Virus record (IMG/VR): IMGVR_UViG_2061766007_000638
Source: an uncultured virus (IMG/VR IMGVR_UViG_2061766007_000638)
Lineage: Duplodnaviria; Heunggongvirae; Uroviricota; Caudoviricetes
DNA length: 64,000 nt
Strand: one strand, 5' to 3'
Part shown: positions 31,237 to 42,678 of the stretch, piece by piece
How positions within the stretch are numbered: the first letter of the stretch is position 1
Layout of the letters: each line of letters opens with the position of its first letter
Notes under the pieces: generated by a model
What the model saw: only the letters and a program-made list of their open reading frames with translations
Told to the model about the DNA's origin: nothing
Databases searched by the model: none
Position numbers and translations under genes: made by a program

Positions 31237-32584
31237 CAAGAAAAAAGGCTAAATTGAGAATGGCATTAACAGGTGTCAGCGGTGCAGGAAAGACACTTTC
31301 AGCACTCTACATAGCTTACGGCATAACGGGCGATTGGAGTAAAATTGCCTTGATTGATACCGAACATGAAAGAGCGAGATTTTATGCAAATCGTTCCGAC
31401 TTGGGTACAGGTGAATTTCTGTATGCACCCTTTGAACCGCCTTATTCGCCCATGCGGTACAAGGAATATGTCTTGCAGGGTGNNNNNNNNNNNNNNNNNN
31501 NNNNNNNNNACAGTTTCACTCATGCGTGGAACAATGAGGGCGGTGTGCTTGACATCAAAGAACAAATCGCAAAACAACCCGGTAAAAATTCTTATACAGC
31601 TTGGCATGAGGCAGGAATTGAACAAAATAACCTTGTCAATACAATACTTGCCGTTGANNNNNNNNNNGAGAAGTAAAATGGATTATGCCATGCAGGAAAA
31701 TGAAAAGGGCAAATTACAGCCCGTTAAAATGGGACTTGCTCCGATTCAGCGAGAGGACACCGAATATGAATTTGATATCGTTTTGGACATTGCCAGAAAT
31801 CATATTGCAACGGCAAGCAAAGATNNNNNNNNNNTCTAAAATTGCCCTTATCGACACCGAACATGAAAGGGCAAGATTTTATGCAGACCGTTCCGACTTG
31901 GGTACAGGTAAATTTCTGTATGCACCTTTTGAGCCGCCTTATTCGCCTATGAGATATAAAGAATATGTCCTGCAAGGTGCTTTGGCGGTAGGTTCTGACG
32001 GTGTTGTGATTATCGACAGTTTCACTCATGCATGGAACAATACAGGCGGTATCCTTGACATCAAAGAGCAGATTTCAAAGCAGTCGGGAAAAAATTCCTA
32101 TACGGCATGGTTTGAGGCAGGCAAGGAACAAAATGACCTTGTCAATTCGATTCTGGCAGTAGACTGTCACACAATTGTTACAATGCGGTCTAAAATGGAT
32201 TATGCCATGCAGGAGAACGAAAAGGGCAAAATGCAGCCTGTCAAAATGGGACTTGCCCCGATACAGCGTGAAGATACCGAATATGAATTTGACATTGTGC
32301 TTGACATTGCAAGGAATCACGTTGCAACGGCAAGCAAAGACACCACTTTTCTTGACAAGTTCGGACAGGTGATAACTCCCGATTTGGGCAGACAGCTGAA
32401 AGAATGGCTTGACAACGGCATTGAACCCGACAGATGTGAAACGTGCGGTAAAACGATTCTTGCCAAAAACGGTAAAAGCGTACAGCAGATTATAACAACA
32501 AGTCTTGAACATCTCAAAAAGAAATGCTGTTATGACTGTTTTGCAAAGGAATACAGAGAGATGAAGCAAAATGCAACTTCGTGA
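31221..32584 (+). CDS. Sak4-like AAA recombinase/ATPase (duplicated alleles across gaps)
   Basis: GVSGAGKT, IALIDTE, VIIDSFTHAW, EYEFD. Confidence 0.85.
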
Positions 32585-34019
32585 ATATCAGATTGATTTA
32601 ATACAGAATGTCAGAAATTCATATAAGCATGGCAAAAAAGCACCATGTATAGTGTTGCCATGCGGCGGCGGTAAATCTATCATTGTTGCGGAAATGGCAA
32701 AAAGAACTACCGAAAAGGGCAACAGAGTTTTATTTATCGTGCATCGGAAAGAGTTATGCGACCAAATCAGAAATACATTCAGCCGTTGGGGCGTTGATAT
32801 GGAATTGTGTCAGATAGGCATGGTTCAGACGGTTTGCAGGCATTTGAATGAAGTGCCTGCACCGTCCCTTATCATTACCGATGAAAACCACCATTCAAAA
32901 GCAAAGTCTTACATGGAGATTTACAAGGCTTTCCCGAATGCGTACAGAATCGGCGTGACGGCAACACCAGAGAGGCTTGACGGCAGTGGTCTTTGTGATG
33001 TCAATGATGATTTGATTGTAGGCGTAAGTGCAAAGTGGCTTATCGAGAATAAATATTTATCTCCGTATGAGTACTATGCCCCAAAACTGTTTGACATTGA
33101 AAGTGAAGACGTTGACGAAACAGGCGGTGATTATAACGGCGATGATGTCGGTAAAAAGATGATTACAAAAAGAGTTTTCGGCGATGTTATCGGGCATTAC
33201 AGACAGCTTGCAGACGGAAAGCAGACGATATGTTATTGTCCGTCAATCGAGATGTCGAAAGCCATGATGGAAAATTTCAATGAAAACGGCATTACAGCGG
33301 CACATATTGACGGTGAAACTCCCAAATTAGCCAGAGATATGCTGATTGAAAGATTCCGACAGGGCAAAATAAAAGTTTTATGCAACGTAGATTTGATTTC
33401 AGAGGGCTTTGACGTTCCCGATTGTGAATGTGCGATTTTACTCCGACCGACAAAAAGCCTTACTCTTTATATACAGCAGTCCATGCGGTGTATGCGGTAT
33501 AAAGACGGCAAAACAGCGGTGATCATTGACCATGTGGGAAATTATTCAAAATTCGGATTGCCCGATAATGACAGAAAATGGAGTTTAGAGGGCAAAAAAA
33601 ATGAAGATGTTACTCCAATGGTAACGTGTGAAAAATGTATCAACGTATTCCATAAATTCCGCAAAGACGAAAACGGCAAAAAGTTATACAACATCATTTG
33701 TCCGCATTGTAAAAAGCCGATTTCGGTGAAATGCAGTAATAAAGCGTGCGGAAAGGAATTTGCAAAATACAGGAATGAAAACGGCGATTTGACTGAATTT
33801 TGTCCGTTCTGCAATACAGCGGTTCCGAAAGACAAAAAAGAGGGCAAAACAGAGTATCTTCAAAGCTATGAATTGCAGAAAATCACCGAATTCAAAGTAG
33901 AATACGATGATCCACGCTATTGTAACAGCTATGAAGAACTTCTGGCACTTGCAAAGAAAAAAGGCTATAAATCGGGCTGGGCGTGGCATCAGGCGAAAGC
34001 AAGGGGATTTATTACATGA
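32571..34019 (+). CDS. SF2 helicase with C-terminal Zn fingers
   Basis: LREYQ, PCGGGKS, DENHH, TATPER, LISEGFDVP, QQSMRCMR. Confidence 0.93.
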   Translation: MQLREYQIDLIQNVRNSYKHGKKAPCIVLPCGGGKSIIVAEMAKRTTEKGNRVLFIVHRKELCDQIRNTFSRWGVDMELCQIGMVQTVCRHLNEVPAPSLIITDENHHSKAKSYMEIYKAFPNAYRIGVTATPERLDGSGLCDVNDDLIVGVSAKWLIENKYLSPYEYYAPKLFDIESEDVDETGGDYNGDDVGKKMITKRVFGDVIGHYRQLADGKQTICYCPSIEMSKAMMENFNENGITAAHIDGETPKLARDMLIERFRQGKIKVLCNVDLISEGFDVPDCECAILLRPTKSLTLYIQQSMRCMRYKDGKTAVIIDHVGNYSKFGLPDNDRKWSLEGKKNEDVTPMVTCEKCINVFHKFRKDENGKKLYNIICPHCKKPISVKCSNKACGKEFAKYRNENGDLTEFCPFCNTAVPKDKKEGKTEYLQSYELQKITEFKVEYDDPRYCNSYEELLALAKKKGYKSGWAWHQAKARGFIT

Positions 34020-34330
34020 CCGAAGAACACAAAATTATGAATGATATACGTTTAGGCGTTGCCGATGAATGCGTGACGTTCCGAGCGAATGTCGGCAAGG
34101 GCTACACCAAAGACGGCAGATATTTTGATACAGGCTTACCCGTTGGATTTTCGGATTTGTTTGGAGTGAGAAAATCGGACGGCAAGGCGGTATTCATTGA
34201 AGTGAAAACCCAAAAAGGCAGAGTTTCCGAAAATCAGGAAAAATTCATCAATGCAATGCAGGAAAATCATGCACTTGCAGGAGTTTGCAGAAGTGTTGAT
34301 GACGCTAAAAAATTACTCAAAGGAGAATGA
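34016..34330 (+). CDS. VRR-NUC nuclease
   Basis: GFSDLFG...FIEVKT.KGR.S..Q. Confidence 0.9.
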   Translation: MTEEHKIMNDIRLGVADECVTFRANVGKGYTKDGRYFDTGLPVGFSDLFGVRKSDGKAVFIEVKTQKGRVSENQEKFINAMQENHALAGVCRSVDDAKKLLKGE

Positions 34331-34333
34331 ATT

Positions 34334-34849
34334 ATGTTTACAACAGATTATGAGAATGAAAGTTTACTTCCCGAGGGGGATTATGAATGTATCGTGAAAG
34401 GTGCATTTGTGACGGCAACAAGCGGCAATTATCCCAGAGAATATTTTTCCGTAAGGCTTGTTATAAGAAATGACGTTCCGCAGAAGTACCAGAACAAAAT
34501 CATCTTCCATGCGATATGGTGGAGAAACGAGGACAAGCAGACCGAAGATGATAAAAAAATCGGCGGTTTTTCGTATAAGCAAATCATGAATTTGTGTAAA
34601 GGCGTGGGAGTGCCGAAAGGAAAGAGTTTCAAGGATTTGAATGAGCTGGGCGAATTTATAACAGGCAAATGCTGTCTTGTCCATATCGTACACGATACAT
34701 GGCAGGGTAAGACCAATGCAAGAGTGGCATGGACGAATGAAACGAAATATCCGAATTGTACGCATAAATTCCCTGAAAAGAATGAAGTACAACAGACAAA
34801 TGCCGCTGCGGATACGGGAACAGCCGAAGATGAAGATTTGCCGTTCTAA
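34334..34849 (+). CDS. DUF669 family ssDNA-binding-like protein
   Basis: LPEGDYEC...IRNDV; acidic EDEDLPF tail. Confidence 0.8.
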   Translation: MFTTDYENESLLPEGDYECIVKGAFVTATSGNYPREYFSVRLVIRNDVPQKYQNKIIFHAIWWRNEDKQTEDDKKIGGFSYKQIMNLCKGVGVPKGKSFKDLNELGEFITGKCCLVHIVHDTWQGKTNARVAWTNETKYPNCTHKFPEKNEVQQTNAAADTGTAEDEDLPF

Positions 34850-34882
34850 AATCAAAACAATGCGCAAAGGAGGTGCAAAGAG

Positions 34883-37221
34883 ATGTATGAAAAAATACCG
34901 GAAGAATTGAAAAGCCTGCCGCAATGGGTAGGCTTTTTCCGGACACCTGCAAAGGACGGTAAGACAACTAAAAAACCTGTCAATGTTCGTACTCTGTATG
35001 GTGCAAGCAGTATCAATCCCGAAACATGGGGAACTTTTGAACAAGCAGTTCAGTCTATCGGAAAAACGGCAAGAGTCGGTGACAGTCAGGGAAAAATTGA
35101 GGGTATCGGCTTTGTATTTGCACCGCCGTATTGCGGCATAGATTTAGACCATGTTATCAATGCCGATACAGGCGAAATTAACCGACAGGCACTTGATGTT
35201 ATCAACACAATGGAAAGCTATACAGAGATTTCTCCGTCGGGAACGGGAATACATATCATTTACAAAGGCGAGATTCATAAAGAATGGAAATGCAAGAAAA
35301 ATAACGGTCTCGGCAGCGGCAGTGATATTGAAATGTATCAGCAGGGCAGATATTTCACCGTGACGGGCAATCGTTTCAATGATAATGATATTGCCAGCCG
35401 TGAACCTCATGCAGAATTGATTTACAAAGCCTATATGCAAGACGAAGAAAAGCCGAAAACCGCTGTACAACCGTCAAAATCAAAACCGTTGACAATGACG
35501 GATAAAGACATTATGGATAAAGCTATGAACAGTTCAAACGGCATGAAATTTGCGAGATTGTTCAATGGTGATACATCAGATTATGACAATGACGACAGCC
35601 GTGCAGATTTGGCATTGTGCAGTATGTTGGCATTTTGGTGCAATAAAGATATTTCCATGATGGACAGGATTTTTCGGCAGTCGAAATTGATGAGGGATAA
35701 GTGGGACGAAAAGCATGGACGTGACACCTACGGCAATATCACCATGGAAAAAGCCGTTGAAAGCTGTATGAATACGTATTCGCCGACAGTTCCGAAAGAT
35801 GATGATTTTTCGGTAAACATCGAGAATTTCAGGCAGAAAAACCATAGAAATTACTCTCTTGACGATACAGGAAATGCCGAAAGAATGTCAGATATGTTCG
35901 GTGAAGTCATCAGATATAACTATACTGATAAAAAGTGGATGTTGTACGACAAAATCAAGTGGGTTTATGATCAATCGGGAGTTATATATGATTTGGTTGA
36001 TAAATCGCTTGAAGCCATGAAAGATGAAAAAGATTGGTATATACAGCAGGATAATGAAAATAATGACGAAAATCAAACTATGTTCAAGGCATGGGAAAAG
36101 TTTTATAAAAAGTCAAGAAATCATAATACCAAAATTGCACTTGAAAAGGAAGTACAACATTATGTGCCGGTAACTCCAAATCAGCTTGACCGCCACAAAA
36201 TGTTGTTGAACAGTCCGACAGGTGTAATTGACTTGAACGATTTTGAAGTCAGAAAAGCTACTCCAAAGGACTATTTTACAAAGTCCGTCAATGCCAATTT
36301 CGATAAATCCGCAAAATGTCCGTTGTGGGATAAATTCTTGGAAAGAATATTTGACGGTGACAAGGATTTAATCCGATACGTTCAAAAAGTAATCGGCTAT
36401 TCATTGACAGGCTCGACAGCGGAACAATGTGCATTTTTCCTGTACGGAACGGGCAGGAATGGCAAATCGACATTTCTTGATGTAATCCGTGAATTATTCG
36501 GGGACTATGCAAGGAACATTCAGCCTGAAACGATTATGATAAAAAATAATAACGGCATAAACAGCGACATAGCCCGTCTGAAAGGAGCAAGACTTGTAAC
36601 GACAGTTGAGCCAAACGAGGGCTTGCGACTGAATGAGGGCTTGCTGAAACAGCTGACAGGCGGAGATATTATAACGGCAAGAAAACTGTATGCAGAGGAA
36701 TTTGAGTTTAAAGCGGAGTTTAAATTGTTCATGGCANNNNNNNNNNACCGATCATCAGGGGAACGGATTTAGGAATATGGCGGAGAGTGCACATGATACC
36801 GTTCACTGTCGTGATACCCGAAAATGAAGTTGACAGGCAGTTAACGGAGAAGTTAATGCAGGAATTGGACGGGATATTCGTCTGGGCGTTAAGAGGATTG
36901 GCAATGTATAACAGAGAGGGCTTAAAAATGCCTTATGCCGTTCAGAAAGCCGTTGATGAGTATAAAAAAGAAATGGACGTTGTATCGAGATTCCTTGATG
37001 AATGTACGGAAAAGACATTTGCGAAATCGGTAAAAGCAAGTGACCTGTACAAGATATATTTGCAGTGGTGCGACCTTAATACAGAATATAAAATGTCCAA
37101 CACAAATTTCGGTAAGGAAATGATTCAGAAATACGAAAAAATCAGAAAAACAGATGGCTGGTATTATATCGGCATAGAGTTGCATGACGAATTTAAACCG
37201 TATTCGGTATCAGTCGGATAA
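34883..37221 (+). CDS. Primase-helicase, P4/D5 family (small gap at 36737)
   Basis: IPEELK..PQWV, GIDLDH, SPSGTGIH prim-pol; GTGRNGKST SF3 helicase. Confidence 0.93.
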
Positions 37222-37237
37222 ATTCTTTTAAAGAAAA

Positions 37238-37336
37238 ATGTATAGTTATGTATAGTTCTCTATACCTTTCGCACAAAAAAATAAAATCTCCAAAAAAATA
37301 TATAAAAAGTATGTAGCAACTATACAGACTATACAT
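37238..37336. repeat. Inverted iteron pairs around an A-rich spacer; putative origin
   Basis: ATGTATAGTT x2 ... AACTATACAGACTATACAT directly after primase. Confidence 0.65.
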
Positions 37337-37457
37337 TATGCGAATAAAGAAAAATAAAGGAGATGTTTTGAATGGATTTCATAGGCGGTCTGATAATCGG
37401 CGGAGTGATAGCGTTTTTTGCGATGGCACTTATCACGGCTGGAAAGGACGATGACGA

Positions 37458-37869
37458 ATGAGACAGTCAATGCAGGTTAAAATCGGGGATAAATCGCACA
37501 CAATCGAAGAGTGGGCAGAGATAACGGGCATAAGCAAATTTACAATAAAAGAAAGGTACTACAAGCTTCACATGAGAGGAACTGCATTGATAGCACCGCC
37601 AAAGATACTGCAACCGATATTGATAACAATCAACGGCGAAACTCACACTTTTGCGGAATGGGCGNNNNNNNNNNAGAGGTACAGAACTTATTGCACCTTT
37701 GCAAAAATACGTTGAAGTCGAAATCAACGGAGTGTTGCATACGCTGAAAGAATGGTCAAAAATAACCGGTATTGCATATAATACGCTTTATAAAAGATAC
37801 ATTTCAGGTGCAACGGCAGAGGAGTTTTTGAAACCCGTAAGAAGAAAGGACGACAGAAATGACGATTGA
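37458..37869 (+). CDS. Protein with repeated small DNA-binding modules (gapped; allele at 38206-38537)
   Basis: Repeated I.ING.THT..EW..ITGI...T...RY..G units. Confidence 0.6.
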
Positions 37870-40213
37870 AAAGGCAATGGAGATTTTAAAGACAGTTGAC
37901 GGAATAGAATGCAGATTTCCGGAATATACAACTGCACTTGGCATAGCAGTTCAGGCACTTGAAAAGCAGATTCCGAAAAAGGTCAAAAGAGAGTTTGTTA
38001 CAGAGGGCGGCTGTATTACTTGTTTTGAAACAGATGTTTGTCCTGCTTGTGGCAAGGATTTTTACATTGAGGATTTGGGACAAACGATGTATTGCAGCTT
38101 CTGCCCTGATTGCGGTCAGGCTCTGGATTGGAGTGATAATGATGCGTGACGATTTGATTAGCAGAGAGGACACCAAGCAGGCAATAAGACACAAANNNNN
38201 NNNNNAAAATAACGGGACTTCCGAAAGTGACTATCAAACAGAGATACTATGACGGAAAAAGAGGAATTGACCTCATTGCACCCAAAAAAACAACGTATAT
38301 CACAATAAACGGCAAAACGCATACTTACGAAGAATGGGCGTGCATTGCGTGTCTTGACGCAAAACTCATCACAAACCGATACTGCTGTGGCAAACGAGGT
38401 ACAGAACTTATTGAACCTTTGCAAAAATACGTTGAAGTCGAAGTCAACGGAGTGTTGCATACGCTGAAAGAATGGTCAAAAATAACGGGTATTGCATATA
38501 ATACGCTTTATAAAAGATACATTTCAGGTGCAACGGCNNNNNNNNNNCTCTTGTGGTCAGGCTTTAGATTGGAGTGATACAGATGATTAATTTTTTATTC
38601 GGCTTGTTTTTAGGCGGTACAATCGGTTNNNNNNNNNNNNNNNNNNNNNNNNNNNNNNNNNNNNNNNNNNNNNNNNNNNNNNNNNNNNNNNNNNNNNNNN
38701 NNNNNNNNNNNNNNNNNNNNNNNNNNNNNNNNNNNNNNNNNNNNNNNNNNNNNNNNNNNNNNNNNNNNNNNNNNNNNNNNNNAGACAAAAGCTGAGATTG
38801 CACGAAAAATGGACTGTCCAATAGGGTGTGTAAACTACTACACGTCCGGAAGATATTACAAAGTCAAAACTCCGAACCATAAAAGAACGGAACTNNNNNN
38901 NNNNAGAGTGGGACAGCGGGTATGACAAGAGCACAGGAGAATACAAAAAAGGGATATACGAAGAAATGCATTTCAGCAGGCGGCAGATTTTTTATTTACA
39001 CGGAGAAGCGTTGAAAAGCATTNNNNNNNNNNATACTTGAAAAACATCTTGCCGAATACTCGGAGTACGGTATGGACGATATAGCCAACGACTTGATTGG
39101 TGTTCAGGCAACTCTTGAAGTTGTTAGGCTTAAGGCACAGTATGCGATGGTTAAAGGAGATTGAGAAAATGACGATGGGAGAAGCAAAAGAACAATTGCA
39201 AGAGATTATCCTTGACACGGAAAGTCTTATAGTCGGCGACAGCGGTAAAGGAATTTACCGCAAGGATCTTGAAGCACTAAAAAAGGCTGTGGAGGTTCTT
39301 GAAAAGCAGGTGCCGATAAAAGTCAAAAAAGAGTTTGTCACAGTGAATGGCTGTATCACTTGTTTTGAAACAGATGTTTGCCCTGTTTGTGGTAATGATT
39401 TTTACATTGAGGATTTGGGACAAACGATGTATTACGCTTTTTGCCCNNNNNNNNNNGTATGCAGAGTGGTTGGGAAAACGTTTGAAGAAACTTTTATTCT
39501 CAGATAAAAAGAGGGTTGATATGACTGCAAAAAAATACTTAAATCAAGCATACTACATAGACCGAGAAGTAAATCTCACACTCGCAAANNNNNNNNNNAC
39601 TGATAGAAATGCTCTACGGCACTGGAAAAACTGTCGGAATTTGGAGAACAATTTGCTTACCGAGTTATCCGCCACAGTACAGATATGAGTGCAGCAAATG
39701 TAGTGTTTGTTCCGAAAAAATGAGCAATTATTGTCCTTATTGCGGGGCTGAAATGCAATTTCTTGAAAGAGAGTTTGTCAAGAAGTATTCGGAAGTACAG
39801 CTTGACGTTGAGATTGACGAGGAGAGTGAAGACGATGGAACAGCTTAAACCTTGCCCGTTCTGCAATGGTGAACGTCATGTTTATTATTCTGATTCTCAA
39901 AAAGAGTATTTTGCTGTACACAATGACACCAAATCAAAATGTTTTTTCAGACTGGCAAAAATTATTCAGAATACAGAGAACAGGAGAGCCGAAAATGAAG
40001 ATATATAAATCAAAATGCCGCTACTGCGGCGGTGATTTGGAAATGTACACCGTTCACGGCGACAGAAATAATAACGGCATTGTAGGATATACGACAAAAC
40101 TCACTTGCAGAGGGTGTGCAGGGAATTTGTTCGAATTTTCTTTCACGGCTGAGGACATACCCAATGCAGAGAAAAGACTGCTTGAAATATACGGCATAAA
40201 AGGAGAATGACAA

Positions 40214-40597
40214 ATGAGAGAGATAATTTTCAGAGGTAAAAGAGCCGATAACGGTGAGTGGGTATATGGTTCATTGATTACCGAGCGTAATATGTTTGAT
40301 GGAAACCTTATGACAATGCACATTCAGGATATAGAAGAACCTTACGACGATAATCTGATTGATGATGAAACTGTCGGACAGTTTACAGGCTTGACCGACA
40401 AGAACGGCACAAAGATTTTTGAGGGGGATATAGTCAAGGTTGAAAACGCACTTGTTAGGGGAATTTTTGCCGTTGAATATTGTGGAATTAGTGCGTGTTT
40501 CATAGTTTCACACGGGGAAAGACGATATTTTCTCGGCGGGTGCAACAGTGAAGTCATCGGAAACATTCACGACAATCCCGAACTGCTGAAAGAATGA
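40214..40597 (+). CDS. YopX family protein
   Basis: MREIIFRGK...GQFTGLTDKNG..IFEGDI...EVIGNIHDNPELL. Confidence 0.9.
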   Translation: MREIIFRGKRADNGEWVYGSLITERNMFDGNLMTMHIQDIEEPYDDNLIDDETVGQFTGLTDKNGTKIFEGDIVKVENALVRGIFAVEYCGISACFIVSHGERRYFLGGCNSEVIGNIHDNPELLKE

Positions 40598-40652
40598 AAA
40601 AATAATTATGCATTGTGCATTATGAATTATGAATTGAAAAGAGGTTGGAAAA

Positions 40653-41036
40653 GTGACGGCAAAGGAATATTTGAGAAGCATAAAATATCTTGGCAATGCG
40701 ATAAATGCCAAGCAGGCAGAGCTTGACCGCTTAAAGCGTGATATGTGCAGTATCAGGGGCATTTCCTACGATAAAGACAAGGTGCAGGGCGGTATTACCG
40801 ACAGTATGAAAATTGTCGATAAGATTATCGAATTGAATAACGTCATCAATGCCGAAATCGACAGGCTTGTTGATTTAAAGGCAGACGCACACAACAAAAT
40901 TGAAAAGGTCTGCAATGAGAAATTCATTTCTTTGCTNNNNNNNNNNNNNNNNNNNNNNNNNNNNNNNNNNNNNCAGTTCTTATTCAACAATATGCCGTTA
41001 TCATGGTGAAGCATTGCAGGCTTTCAGATATGAAAA
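40653..41036 (+). CDS. ArpU/RinA-like late transcription activator (gapped)
   Basis: TAKEYL...DKVQGG...HGEALQAF; last gene before HNH. Confidence 0.75.
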
Positions 41037-41225
41037 TAATATGTCATAATGCACAAATATAAAACTTTATTTTTGTAAGCTGATGATATACTATGATATA
41101 ATGCAAAGTGCTACAATGGTATCGTAAATAAAGATGATAACTTCCGTTTGGTTACACTCCTTGAAAAATATGATGCACATGAAAGCCTGTCCATATTGGA
41201 TAGGCTTTTATGTTGGGAAAAAGTT

Positions 41226-41618
41226 ATGTTAATGAAGTATTGCGACAAATGCCGCAGACAGTTACGCATCGGGCAAAAGTGCCCTGTATGCTTTAAAGCA
41301 AGAAATAAAAGCTATGCGAAAGATGATTTCTATCAATCTCCCGAATGGCTCAAAGCAAGAAAATTATGTATTGAGCTATGCTGCGGACTTGACCTGTACA
41401 GCCTGTATCACGATGATACGATTGAATACGGCTATACCGTACATCACATTGAACCTGTCGAAATCAGTCCGCAGTTACGGCTTGAACAGTCCAATTTGAT
41501 TTACTTATCCGAAAGCAGTCATCAGATTGTGCATAACCTGTATAAAAACGGCAAATATTCCGAAACAGTGAAATTTCTGAAAAGTATCAAAGAAAAATTC
41601 ATACAGGGGGCTGTATGA
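41226..41618 (+). CDS. HNH endonuclease (packaging-associated)
   Basis: FYQSPEW, TVHHIEP...NLIYLSESSHQIVH. Confidence 0.88.
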   Translation: MLMKYCDKCRRQLRIGQKCPVCFKARNKSYAKDDFYQSPEWLKARKLCIELCCGLDLYSLYHDDTIEYGYTVHHIEPVEISPQLRLEQSNLIYLSESSHQIVHNLYKNGKYSETVKFLKSIKEKFIQGAV

Positions 41619-41761
41619 AAAACTTTTTTTGAAAAACTTTTTCAAATNNNNNNNNNNTGGGTATGACAGAAACACAGGAGAGTACAAAAAAGGGATATAC
41701 GAAGAAATGCATTTCAGCAGACGGCAGATATTTTATTTACACGGAGAGGCATTGAAAAGCA

Positions 41762-41805
41762 TTGCACTAAATTGCATTGAACTGCACTGAAAAATCTGTT
41801 AAAAT
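41762..41805 (+). promoter_or_regulatory. Putative late promoter with three 10-bp-periodic repeats
   Basis: TTGCACTAAA/TTGCATTGAA/CTGCACTGAA then TGtTAAAAT, at the 3' end of an ArpU-like fragment. Confidence 0.55.
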
Positions 41806-41878
41806 GGTATCATGAGATAAGAGGACGGACGGGCGAGCAATTACTCAGTTGCTCCCCACCGTCACACACTGTCATTAA

Positions 41879-41931
41879 AAGGCACTCACAGCAAAAATTT
41901 ACGGCTCATAACCGACTTATACAGTGCCTTG
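41879..41931 (+). ncRNA. Structured RNA candidate with ACAGCAA and a tRNA(CAU) anticodon stem-loop, copy 1
   Basis: AAGGCACT/AGTGCCTT 8-bp stem enclosing CACAGCAA and CGG-CTCATAA-CCG. Confidence 0.6.
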
Positions 41932-42072
41932 TAATGTGAGTATAACAGTAAGCTGCATTCCTTTTCTTTTTGTCATTAGTAATTGCNNNNNNNNNNNNNN
42001 NNNNNNNNNNNNNNNNNNNNNNNNTAATTCGGGGCGGTTTTGTTGTACTATAAAAAACGCTATGAAAGAACT

Positions 42073-42381
42073 ATGAAAGAATACGCCAAACAATTCTATA
42101 AATCTCGCAAGTGGAAACACTGCCGAGAATCCTTTATTGCAGAGCGCATGGCAATTGACGGCGGGCTGTGTCAGTATTGCCGCACCGCACCCGGTTACAT
42201 AGTACATCACAAAATACATATAACACCGCAAAATATAAACAATCCGGACATTACTCTGAACTGGGGTAACCTTGAATATGTATGCCATGAGTGTCACAAC
42301 AAGGAGCATTTCGGAGAGGGAATGCGTGTGAATTTTGATTTTGACGGAAAGGTGATCCCCCCCGGCAATGAAAAATTATAG
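42073..42381 (+). CDS. HNH endonuclease of another phage
   Basis: FYKSRKW, LCQYC, IVHHK, NLEYVCHECHNKEH. Confidence 0.88.
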   Translation: MKEYAKQFYKSRKWKHCRESFIAERMAIDGGLCQYCRTAPGYIVHHKIHITPQNINNPDITLNWGNLEYVCHECHNKEHFGEGMRVNFDFDGKVIPPGNEKL

Positions 42382-42415
42382 AAAAATTTGGGCACANNNN
42401 NNNNNNTGTCCTTAA

Positions 42416-42472
42416 AAGGCACTCACAGCAAGAATTAACGGCTCATAACCGACTTATTTATACAGTGCCTTG
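42416..42472 (+). ncRNA. Structured RNA candidate, copy 2
   Basis: Same stem, CACAGCAA and anticodon arm; differences confined to linkers. Confidence 0.6.
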
Positions 42473-42610
42473 TAATATGAGTATAACAGCAAGCTGCATT
42501 AATAGTTACCTCCCTTTTATTTAATCGGGGCTGTAAGCCGAACAGTCCCGATGTATGCAGATAGTAGTATTGCCAGTGTGACTCCGGCGATATAAAACGA
42601 TTCCTTTTAG

Positions 42611-42662
42611 TAGCACCTCCTTGATCGAAATAAATCAAGGAGGTTTTGCTATATTTTTTTTC
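42611..42662 (+). terminator. Terminator-like hairpin
   Basis: ACCTCCTTGAT/ATCAAGGAGGT stem followed by T run. Confidence 0.65.
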
Positions 42663-42678
42663 GGTGGGGGTGGTGAGA

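Larger units (their letters stand above)
1..41647. mobile_element. Temperate siphovirus (phage 1), near-complete, HK97-type head, with gap-joined allelic fragments
   Basis: Canonical module order: packaging, head, tail, lysis, attP/int, cI/cro, replication, ArpU-like, HNH. Confidence 0.93.

Noticed and set aside
41879..41931. Full tRNA-Met/Ile gene
   Set aside because: Only the anticodon arm is present; no D loop, GTTCGA T loop or acceptor end.
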